From positions 84,842 through 148,841 of the forward strand of contig CALXRI010000005.1 of the NCBI GenBank assembly GCA_944390795.1: 64,000 nucleotides of DNA. The letters are read 5' to 3'. Source of the stretch: an uncultured Victivallales bacterium. GTDB taxonomy: Bacteria; Verrucomicrobiota; Lentisphaeria; Victivallales; UBA1829. The notes beneath the pieces were generated by a model, which saw only the letters and a list, made by a program, of their open reading frames with translations, ran no database searches and had not been told where the DNA came from. A program made the translations under genes and the position numbers. Positions 38,792-46,445 of this stretch are shown here, in pieces; the stretch's first letter is position 1, and every line of letters starts with the position of its first letter.

Positions 38792-39037
38792 TTACTTCTT
38801 GACATTCGGATTCTTCTGAAGCACTCCGGCCTCCAGAAGCTTGTCAATCAGCTGCTGCATGGAATTGAACGCTGCAAGAAAGCCCTGCGGCGGCATGATG
38901 ATCCGGATGCTGGATTGCGATTCCGGCGCGGTCCCGTCCTCTTTCGGCTGCAGTGTGACAAAGTCGTAACGGACCATTCCGCCTGCGAAATGGATCTGGC
39001 CGATTCCGTCGGCATAAATTTCTTTTCTGTCGCTCAT
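38792..39037 (-). CDS. small (81 aa) conserved-looking protein, possibly DUF3467-like
   Basis: ATG 39037: MSDRKEIYADGIGQIHFAGGMVRYDFVTLQP...IRIIMPPQGFLAAFNSMQQLIDKL. The pattern resembles DUF3467 (weak recollection). GGA-rich RBS. Confidence 0.5.
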   Translation of the reverse strand: MSDRKEIYADGIGQIHFAGGMVRYDFVTLQPKEDGTAPESQSSIRIIMPPQGFLAAFNSMQQLIDKLLEAGVLQKNPNVKK

Positions 39038-39151
39038 GTTTAATGTCCTTCCGTAAATTTTTCCATTTTTTCCAGGAATTCTGCTTACACTATCGCAGTT
39101 TTGCAAAAATGCAAGCCCTGAAACGCGTCAAAAAAAATTATTCTTTCATTT

Positions 39152-40336
39152 TCAGCGCAATTTCAACGTGGCGAGCCCGATCAGGGCGCAGATTCCGGCG
39201 ATGATCCAGAAACGGGTCACGATCTGTGTCTCCGTCCATCCTTTCTGCTCAAAATGATGATGAATCGGCGAACAGAGGAAAATCCGTCTGCCTGTCATCC
39301 GGAAACTGGCGACCTGAAGCATGACCGAAACTCCTTCCATCAGGAAAACAAAGCCGATCACAATCAGAAGGAACTGCTGCCCCATCAGAACCGCGATCAG
39401 TCCGATGCTTCCTCCGAGCGGAAGACTCCCCGTGTCGCCCATGAAGACCGATGCCGGTTTGCAGTTGTACCAGAGGAATCCGATGCACGCCCCCGCCATC
39501 GCGGAAGCGAACACGCTGATCTCCCCGAGCTCGGGAATATATGGAATCGAAAGGTATCTCGCAAAGACGACGTGTCCATGCATATATGCTACCGCCGCGA
39601 AGGAAAGCACGCAGAACACCGTGCAACCCGCCGCGAGCCCGTCCTTGCCGTCCGTGAGATTCACCGCGTTGCTGAAGAACGTGACGAGCAGAATGTTCGC
39701 CGCGAAAATCAGTCCGATCGCAAGCAGCCCCCACGATGCAGGAAATGTGAACAGCGGTTCGGTCAGAAGCTGCGGCGGAAGACAGAACTGAATCGACTCT
39801 CCCGCCGGCTTCAGGCAGACCGGATCCTTGAAAAACGGGATCAGGAACTTGGTGGTCATCGTGTCCGGCATCTTGTAAATCACGCAGAGCGCGGCAAAAC
39901 TCACCAGAACCTGGATCAGAAGCTTCACTTTCCCGGACACCCCGTCGCGCACCCGGCGCTCATACTTGACCTTGATGTAGTCGTCGTAGAAACCGAGCGC
40001 CGTGAGCGGCAGCAGCAGAAGAAGGAAAACCAGCACCATGCGGTTGGAGAGATCCCCCCAGAACACCGTCGAAAAGACGATCGAAAAGATGATCAGAAGC
40101 CCGCCCATCGTCGGCGTCCTGTCCTTCGAGTGGTCCACGAAGCGCTCGTCAACCAGTCCTTCCAGACGCGCCGACTTCGGCACGCAGAACTTCTTCAGTC
40201 GGCGGATCACCCACGGGCCGAACACGATCACCAGCAGCATCGAGGTGATCAGCGCGCAGCCCGAACGGAATGTCACATATTCGAACAGCCGCAGCGGACC
40301 GAAACTCCCGCGCAGATTCGCAAGAAGATAAAGCAT
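39152..40336 (-). CDS. mraY: phospho-N-acetylmuramoyl-pentapeptide transferase
   Basis: Start trimmed to ATG 40336: MLYLLANLRGSFGPLRLFEYVTFRSG. TPTMGGLLII, GFYDDYIKV, NAVNLTDGKDGLA, GDTGSLPLGG. Confidence 0.92.
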   Translation of the reverse strand: MLYLLANLRGSFGPLRLFEYVTFRSGCALITSMLLVIVFGPWVIRRLKKFCVPKSARLEGLVDERFVDHSKDRTPTMGGLLIIFSIVFSTVFWGDLSNRMVLVFLLLLLPLTALGFYDDYIKVKYERRVRDGVSGKVKLLIQVLVSFAALCVIYKMPDTMTTKFLIPFFKDPVCLKPAGESIQFCLPPQLLTEPLFTFPASWGLLAIGLIFAANILLVTFFSNAVNLTDGKDGLAAGCTVFCVLSFAAVAYMHGHVVFARYLSIPYIPELGEISVFASAMAGACIGFLWYNCKPASVFMGDTGSLPLGGSIGLIAVLMGQQFLLIVIGFVFLMEGVSVMLQVASFRMTGRRIFLCSPIHHHFEQKGWTETQIVTRFWIIAGICALIGLATLKLR

Positions 40337-40355
40337 GGCACATCCCCTCCCGGGC

Positions 40356-42695
40356 TCAGCCGCACTTGCTGTGGCCGCAGGCAAGACATTTCACGCAGTT
40401 CTCCTGCATGATGAGCTTGCGTTCGTTGCAGACCGGGCAGATCAGCATTCCGTTGAACTGGTCTGCCGTCGGTGCGGCAACTTTCGGAACCTCTTCCGCG
40501 GACGGTGCCGGTTCGGCTTTCTTCACAGCTTTCTTCTCGTAATGCGCCGGCATGATGCCGATCTTCTCCAGATGCTTTTCAATCACGCGTCCGATGTCCG
40601 CGGCAAGCGACGGGATATAAGTGCCTTCGCTGAAGTAGCCGCCGTTGGGATCGTAGATGCTCTTGAGCTCCTCCACAAGGAAGCGGGGCGCCGGATCATG
40701 ACGGAACACCGACGAAATCAGGCGTGTCATCGCGACAATCCAGCTGAAATACTGAAGATTCTTCGTATTGATGAAGATCTCATACGGGCGACGGCGACCG
40801 TCCTCCTCGATCAGGTCGTTGATCGTCACATAGAGCGCATCCGCGGCGAGCGGCGTCCGGATTTTATAGGTCGTTCCCTCCAGTTCCACCGGACGCTTCG
40901 GCGGCTGCGGCCGGACAATGACCGGATGCTCGACGGCCTTCTTCTCCTCCTTCTCCTTCTCCTTCTTTTTCCTGTCCTCGTCGCGGACCAGAATGCCCGT
41001 GATATGTTCGGACGGCCGGAAGGTGGTGCACCCTTTGAGTCCCTTCTCATAGGCCTTCATGTAGATGTCCTTGAACGCCTCATAGGGATAGTCGGAGGGA
41101 ACGTTGATGGTCTTGGAAATCGAGCTGTCCACATACTGCTGCAGCGCCGCCTGAATGTTCAGATGTTCCTCCGGGGAGATCTCCGCGGAGCTGACGAAAC
41201 AGGCGGGAAGCTTTTTCGGATCGAATTCCGCACCGCGCAGCTTCCGGTATTCGCTGTAGGCGTAATCGACGACTTCGGCGTCGGTGGTGTCGCCCTCCTT
41301 GCCGTTCCGGATCTTCCGCGTGTACTTGAACGCGAAGACCGGCTCCAGGCCGCTGGAAACGTTGCCCGCGAACAGACTGATCGTCCCGGTCGGCGCGATC
41401 GAAGTGAGATGCGAGTTCCGGATGCCGTATTTCCGGATGCCCTCGCGGATGTCGTCCGGAAGCTGGGAGATGAACGCGCCCTCCAGATATTTTTCCTTGT
41501 CCAGAAGCGGGAAGGCGCCTTTTTCCTTCGCATTCTCAATGCTGGCGCGGTAGGCGGCGTAGGTGATTGTCTTCATGATCTCGGACGCCATCGCGACGGA
41601 TTCCGGCGAACCGTATTTGATGCCGAGCTGGATGAACAGATCCGCAAGTCCGGTAATGCCGATTCCCATGCGGCGCTTGGATTTCGCCTCGGTCTCCTGC
41701 TGCTCGAGCGGATAGTTGCTCAGGTCGATCACGTTGTCAAGCATCCGGACCGCGGTTGTGATGGTCTGCCGGATGCCCTCCTTGTCAAGTTCCGCCGAGG
41801 AGGTGAAGGGATTCTTCGCAAAGCGCGAGAGGTTGATGGAGCCGAGAAGGCAGGCTCCGAAGGGCGGAAGCGGCTGTTCCCCGCACGGATTCGTCGCGCA
41901 GATCTGTTCGCAGTAGTAGAGATTGTTCATCTTGTTGATGCGGTCGATCAGGATGAAGCCGGGCTCCGCGAAATCGTAGGTGGAGTGCATGATGAGCTCC
42001 CACAGATCGCGCGCCTTCACGGTCTTGTAGACTTTTCCGTCGAACACGAGATCCCACGGCGCGTCCGCCTTGACCGCCTCGACGAACTTGTTCGTGATCG
42101 CCACGGAGAGATTGAACATCTGAAGCGCGGCGTTGTTGCGCTTGGCCGTGATGAAATTTTCAATATCGGGATGATCGCAGCGCATCACGCCCATCTGCGC
42201 GCCGCGCCGCTGTCCCGCGCTCATGATCGTGCGGCAGGTGGAATCCAGGACCTGCATGAAGCTCAGCGGCCCGGAGGCGCTCGCTTCGCACCCCTTGATA
42301 TTGGAGCCTGCGGGGCGGATGGTGGAAAAGTCGAATCCGACGCCGCCGCCCTGCTTCTGCGTGAGGGCGGACTCCTTGACCGTTTCGAAGATGCCTTCGA
42401 TGGAGTCGTTGATCTTGTTCATCACGAAGCAGTTGAACATCGTCACCTCGGTGCGCTTCGTGCCGGCGTTCGCGATGATCCGCCCGCCGGGGAGGAATTT
42501 GAACCCGGACATGATGCCGTAGAACTCCTTCTCCCATTTCGCGGGATCGGATTCGTTCGCGGCGATCGCGTGCGCCACGCGCCGGAACGTGTCCTCCGGT
42601 GAATTGTCCTTCGGGAGATCCCCCCCGCCCTGATAACGATACTTCTTCGACCATATCTCATACGATATGTCGTACCTGCCCTGCTCCGCAGCCAT
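40356..42695 (-). CDS. nrdJ: class II (adenosylcobalamin-dependent) ribonucleotide reductase
   Basis: Start trimmed to ATG 42695 (MAAEQGRYDISYEIW...). ATNPCGEQPLPPFGACLLGS (active-site Cys/Glu region), SIAPTGT, C-terminal CPVC...C..CGHSKCG tail. Confidence 0.9.
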   Translation of the reverse strand: MAAEQGRYDISYEIWSKKYRYQGGGDLPKDNSPEDTFRRVAHAIAANESDPAKWEKEFYGIMSGFKFLPGGRIIANAGTKRTEVTMFNCFVMNKINDSIEGIFETVKESALTQKQGGGVGFDFSTIRPAGSNIKGCEASASGPLSFMQVLDSTCRTIMSAGQRRGAQMGVMRCDHPDIENFITAKRNNAALQMFNLSVAITNKFVEAVKADAPWDLVFDGKVYKTVKARDLWELIMHSTYDFAEPGFILIDRINKMNNLYYCEQICATNPCGEQPLPPFGACLLGSINLSRFAKNPFTSSAELDKEGIRQTITTAVRMLDNVIDLSNYPLEQQETEAKSKRRMGIGITGLADLFIQLGIKYGSPESVAMASEIMKTITYAAYRASIENAKEKGAFPLLDKEKYLEGAFISQLPDDIREGIRKYGIRNSHLTSIAPTGTISLFAGNVSSGLEPVFAFKYTRKIRNGKEGDTTDAEVVDYAYSEYRKLRGAEFDPKKLPACFVSSAEISPEEHLNIQAALQQYVDSSISKTINVPSDYPYEAFKDIYMKAYEKGLKGCTTFRPSEHITGILVRDEDRKKKEKEKEEKKAVEHPVIVRPQPPKRPVELEGTTYKIRTPLAADALYVTINDLIEEDGRRRPYEIFINTKNLQYFSWIVAMTRLISSVFRHDPAPRFLVEELKSIYDPNGGYFSEGTYIPSLAADIGRVIEKHLEKIGIMPAHYEKKAVKKAEPAPSAEEVPKVAAPTADQFNGMLICPVCNERKLIMQENCVKCLACGHSKCG

Positions 42696-42781
42696 TGTCC
42701 ATTCCTTTATTGTTTTGGGATTGAAAGAAAAAGTGCACATGCAAAGATAAGGAAATATGGCACGCGGCAATAAAATATCAA

Positions 42782-42806
42782 TATGGAAAAACAGGAGTTT
42801 TCCATA
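42782..42806. promoter_or_regulatory. inverted repeat in the AT-rich nrdJ upstream region
   Basis: TATGGAAAA-(7 nt)-TTTTCCATA, about 90-110 nt upstream of the nrdJ ATG. Function unknown. Confidence 0.25.
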
Positions 42807-42900
42807 CTTTTTTTCCGAAAATTTTTCTTTTGCAGGTTGACAAATCAAAAAGTGCGATTATACAACCCTTGGTATAGGACCGGGAAACAGACCACAACCT

Positions 42901-44574
42901 TTAGTATCTCACAAGAACCGAGTACTGATAACGGATTTTCGTTTCGCCGTCGGCTTTGACAAGCGTTTCCCACTTCAGGTCGCTGCGCGGATTGACCGTC
43001 GTGTAACCGTAGCGGACAAGCTCCCTGGAGGGGTTCCCGTCCGCGGAGAGAAGTTCGCCGGAGAGACGCATTTTAATCATGACCCGCGCATCACTTTTCC
43101 GATAGTTTCTCAGCGTCAGGACGCCTTCGATCTCCTGTTTCCGGTAACTGTTTCCGGCAATCCGGACTGTCACGCCGGAATTCTGTTTGACGGAGGAGGT
43201 TATCCCGGTCGCCTTTCCGGCGGACAGCTCGTTTTCGCGGATCTCGCCGATCACGGTCATGGCGCGGGTGATCCGGAGGATATTCGACTGATCGGGATTG
43301 ACCCAGTTGATGGTTGTCTGACCGAGGAATTTTCCCCCGTCGGTGATCTCGATGGGCGCAGTCGTGATCGGGGAGCGGAACGGATTCCGGAAGCGAACCG
43401 CGTCCCAGAGCGTCCCGTTATAGCGCTCGGCATTGTCGAAACGAAGCGGACGGCCCCAGTCGTCCCGGCGGTCGTCGATTGCCCATTCCACAATGCGCTC
43501 GTAGGTCGATTCGGCGCTTTCCAGCGGAAGATAGAGCCGTTCCCCGGCGTTCAGGCTGATCCGTCCGATGTTCCGGTAATGAATGTCCTCGGATTCTCCG
43601 CTCGGAGCGAGGGTCGCCCAGCCACGGGCGGCGGAATCCTCCGAAGCGGCGGTATACGCCATGTTGAACATCACGGCCGCCTTTTGTTTCGCAATGGGAT
43701 TGTATTGCGCATCCCCCTGTCCTGAAAGCTGCGCGAAAAACCGGGCAAGAGTCATTCCCGGCGCCATCGGACTCGAAGCCTTTTCAAACTGAATGTTCGG
43801 ATAACCGGAAATCAGATTCACTTCCACATCCTTCAAATCCTCCAGCTCATTGATAATGACGCAGGACATGGAAAGGCGCATTTTCGCATCCGCTCCGAGT
43901 TCCAGATGATAGGACGGCGCCCATGCCGCGCCCTTCGTCAGATACGCAATCGAAAGCGGGCCGGCAAGTTCCGTTTCCGGCGCAATCAGAAGCGTTTCCT
44001 TTTCCTGTTCCAGCGTCTGATTGAGCTTCTGCGCGCGGATGCTGAGAATCCGCGAGGAGTCTATCGAAATGATTTCCCCGTTGCTCAGACTCAAAGTCAG
44101 AAACCGTTCCGGCGCCGGAATGTAAACAGAAGGATTCCGCAAGGGCTGCGATATCCTGTTCCGTTTTTTCGTAGGAACCGGGCGGATGACCTTGCCGGCA
44201 AGTTCCGTCACAGTGCCGGAACCGTTGAGCAGGCTGATCCGGACCTCGCGGTTTTCATAGGTCGCGGTCAGATTCTGAAAAGGTTGTTCATTGGGTCCCG
44301 AAAACGGATGTTTTACTGTTTTCATGCGGAATCCGGTATAGGGAGTCAGCCATAATGTGCCGTGAATCGGCGTCATTTCGTCCTTGATGAAAAAAGGCTC
44401 GGAAAGGGGAACAGCCTCACGGACGACTGCGCCGACGCCGTTTTTAAAGAGCGCAAGTTTTGTAATGGGAGCAGGGACACAAGGGGTGTCCTTTTTTTCC
44501 TGTGTTTTTCCCGATGCAGTGACGGCAGTTGCAAGACATGCACAGAGAATTCCTGCGATCCATTGCTTTTTCAT
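42901..44574 (-). CDS. exported protein, DUF4139/DUF4140-like
   Basis: Signal peptide MKKQWIAGILCACLATAVTASG. ITKLALFKNGVGAVVREA and LSIAYLTKGAAWAPSYHLEL resemble the DUF4140/DUF4139 signatures. Confidence 0.6.
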   Translation of the reverse strand: MKKQWIAGILCACLATAVTASGKTQEKKDTPCVPAPITKLALFKNGVGAVVREAVPLSEPFFIKDEMTPIHGTLWLTPYTGFRMKTVKHPFSGPNEQPFQNLTATYENREVRISLLNGSGTVTELAGKVIRPVPTKKRNRISQPLRNPSVYIPAPERFLTLSLSNGEIISIDSSRILSIRAQKLNQTLEQEKETLLIAPETELAGPLSIAYLTKGAAWAPSYHLELGADAKMRLSMSCVIINELEDLKDVEVNLISGYPNIQFEKASSPMAPGMTLARFFAQLSGQGDAQYNPIAKQKAAVMFNMAYTAASEDSAARGWATLAPSGESEDIHYRNIGRISLNAGERLYLPLESAESTYERIVEWAIDDRRDDWGRPLRFDNAERYNGTLWDAVRFRNPFRSPITTAPIEITDGGKFLGQTTINWVNPDQSNILRITRAMTVIGEIRENELSAGKATGITSSVKQNSGVTVRIAGNSYRKQEIEGVLTLRNYRKSDARVMIKMRLSGELLSADGNPSRELVRYGYTTVNPRSDLKWETLVKADGETKIRYQYSVLVRY

Positions 44575-44609
44575 AACTTGAATCCCTCCAGAAAATTTTT
44601 TTCAAAAAC

Positions 44610-44798
44610 GGAAAAATGCAGCGCATTTTTCCCGGGGTCAAGGGCCCTCCGGCCCTTGGCGTGGTCCGGCGGCGAAACGCCGGGCGTGCGCAGCACGAAA
44701 TCCCCTTTTCGCCTCCGGCGACCAGCTTGCGCAGCTGGACCGCGGCAGGACTGAAAGTCCTGCACGATCACAAAATTGCTCCGCAATTTTTATTTTTT
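44610..44798. repeat. structured intergenic repeat, copy A (diverged)
   Basis: Shares with copies B and C the hairpin GGAAAAATGC/GCATTTTTCC, the block AAATCCCCTTTTCGC, the nested CCAGC..GCTGG/CCGCGG helix, GCAGGACTGAAAGTCCTGC (44745-44763), CACGATCACAA, and a terminal ATTGC hairpin plus T-run. Confidence 0.85.
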
Positions 44799-44819
44799 AT
44801 GCAGCTTCGCGCGCTGTTT

Positions 44820-46325
44820 TTATTTTTGTTCGTGGAAGACGATGGCCTCGAAAACCGTGAATTTCGCATCCGGCATCTTCCATGCGTCCTCTGCCAATCC
44901 CGCCTTGCGTGAAAGATATGTCAGGGTTTCCGGCAGGTCCCATCCCTGTTCCGGCGCGACCTGCGGCAGAAACACAGCCGATCGTCCGTTCTTCGTAATC
45001 GTCATCCCGTGTTTTCCGATCACGATGTCTTTCCAGGAGGCAACCGGCTTTGCCGGCGTCAATGCGGAAATCTCAATCGTCACGCGCCTGAGCTCTTCCG
45101 GTGACAACTGCGGGAAACGCGGATCGCGGAACGCCGAATCCACCGCACGCGCCGTCACCGCCTGATACAACTCACGGAAAGGTTCGATCTCCCCGATGCA
45201 GCCGCGCAGATTGTCGCCGATATTGAGCGTCACAAAACATCCCGCGACCTTCTTCATGTTCTCCGTCGCCTCGGCACGGAACAGATCGCTGCGCGGCGCT
45301 TTCCGATGTTCAAACACATATTCAATCGCCCGCCGCGCCATGGACAGAAGCGTCCGCTTCTCCTGAGCGGAAAGAAAATCCTCCGCAGCGGACTCTTCGG
45401 GAACGCCGCCCCACTCCCCCGTGACAACTCCCGAAACATAGCTGACGCAATGCGAAAAATCCCGGCTTTCCGCCGAAGACGTCGTATAGTGAAGCAGTTC
45501 CACGCGGGCCGTCTCCGGAAGCATGTAAAGAAGAATCCGGATCGGCGCCTCACCGCAGATCGTCGCTCCCGTTTTACGCAGATACGAGCCAAAAGCGGCG
45601 GGATCCTTCTTCCGGATGCATTCAAATGCCCCGAGGTCGAGTTTCCGCAGATTCTCCTCGATATCCGTCCGGAACGGCGTGTAGTCGAAATTCTCGCCGA
45701 AATGAGTGAAGTCGGAACTGATGAGAACAAGCGTCTCATGATCCGTGATCCGTTTCAGCGCCTCCGCCGCCGTTTTTGCTGTTCTGTCATCCAGACGCCC
45801 GACGACAATCGGAACGATACGGAGCTCATTTCCAAGCGCAACCTGAAGGAATGGAAGCTGAATCTGCACGCTGTGCTCTGTTCCGACGATCCGGTCGTCC
45901 GCAACAACAAATTTCTGATTCCGGAGCGTCTGAATCGCCTCCTTGTCCATCGCGAGTGCGCCAAGCGGCGTCTTCATGCCGTCCGCACCGGACGGAATGC
46001 AGATGCGGTTCTCAAGGTAAACGCGATGCGCGGGACCAAGAATGATGACACGCTTATATTGCTTCCCGGAAACCGCTTTTGCACCGTATGCGGCGGTCGG
46101 ACCGGAATAGGCATATCCGGCGTGCGGCTGAATGATTGCAATTGTTTTTTCCGGCATTCCGGCGGGCAGTTCGGCACGCGCGATCCAGGTGGAAATCTGT
46201 CTGGAAAGCTCCTTCGGATTTCCGGAATACCAGGAACCGGCGATCGTGCTTTCCAGAAGATTTCCGCCCATCAACGGCCCTGTCACCGTAATGCCGGCGG
46301 CAGCGAATAATGGATTCATGGACAC
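44820..46325 (-). CDS. fusion of MEMO1-family (AmmeMemoRadiSam protein B) and AMMECR1 (protein A) domains
   Basis: N-terminal: AGSWY, IIQPHAGYAYSGPTAAYG, GTEHSVQIQLPFL, SSDFTHFG. C-terminal: GCFVTLNIGDNLRGCIGEIEP, FRDPRFPQL, HGMTITKNGRSAVFLPQV. Confidence 0.85.
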   Translation of the reverse strand: MSMNPLFAAAGITVTGPLMGGNLLESTIAGSWYSGNPKELSRQISTWIARAELPAGMPEKTIAIIQPHAGYAYSGPTAAYGAKAVSGKQYKRVIILGPAHRVYLENRICIPSGADGMKTPLGALAMDKEAIQTLRNQKFVVADDRIVGTEHSVQIQLPFLQVALGNELRIVPIVVGRLDDRTAKTAAEALKRITDHETLVLISSDFTHFGENFDYTPFRTDIEENLRKLDLGAFECIRKKDPAAFGSYLRKTGATICGEAPIRILLYMLPETARVELLHYTTSSAESRDFSHCVSYVSGVVTGEWGGVPEESAAEDFLSAQEKRTLLSMARRAIEYVFEHRKAPRSDLFRAEATENMKKVAGCFVTLNIGDNLRGCIGEIEPFRELYQAVTARAVDSAFRDPRFPQLSPEELRRVTIEISALTPAKPVASWKDIVIGKHGMTITKNGRSAVFLPQVAPEQGWDLPETLTYLSRKAGLAEDAWKMPDAKFTVFEAIVFHEQK

Positions 46326-46445
46326 CCCCTTGCGCTAACAACACTTCACGGCATTTCAAAAAAAGAATGAAATACCGTTTTCTCCTGCCATAATTCCATG
46401 CGGATCCGCCTCCCGGAAAATTCATCCGCATCAGACCCGAAAAAC

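Noticed and set aside
40335-42602. Plus-strand 755-aa ORF
   Set aside because: It lies opposite nrdJ, which has clear RNR motifs. No recognisable domains.
42827-42854. Plus-strand TTGACA-16 nt-TATACA promoter-like element
   Set aside because: It would only drive antisense transcription into the 3' end of the minus-strand DUF4139-like gene. It overlaps the minus-strand TATAAT and is probably a by-product of the AT-rich nrdJ upstream region.
42696-42900. Cobalamin riboswitch or NrdR box upstream of nrdJ
   Set aside because: I could find no B12-box-like sequence and no 16-bp acaCwAtATaTwGtgt-type palindrome by eye. A covariance-model or PWM scan would be needed to exclude them formally.
44571-44912. 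ORFs crossing repeat copy A (44616-44912 plus strand; 44571-44786 minus strand). Analogous ORFs cross copies B and C (49891-50211, 49691-50074, 49951-50295, 50184-50603).
   Set aside because: The apparent peptide conservation (e.g. SWTAAGLKVLHDH) only reflects nucleotide identity of the repeat. The differences between copies preserve base pairing rather than codons, and the reading frames are not maintained outside the repeat core.
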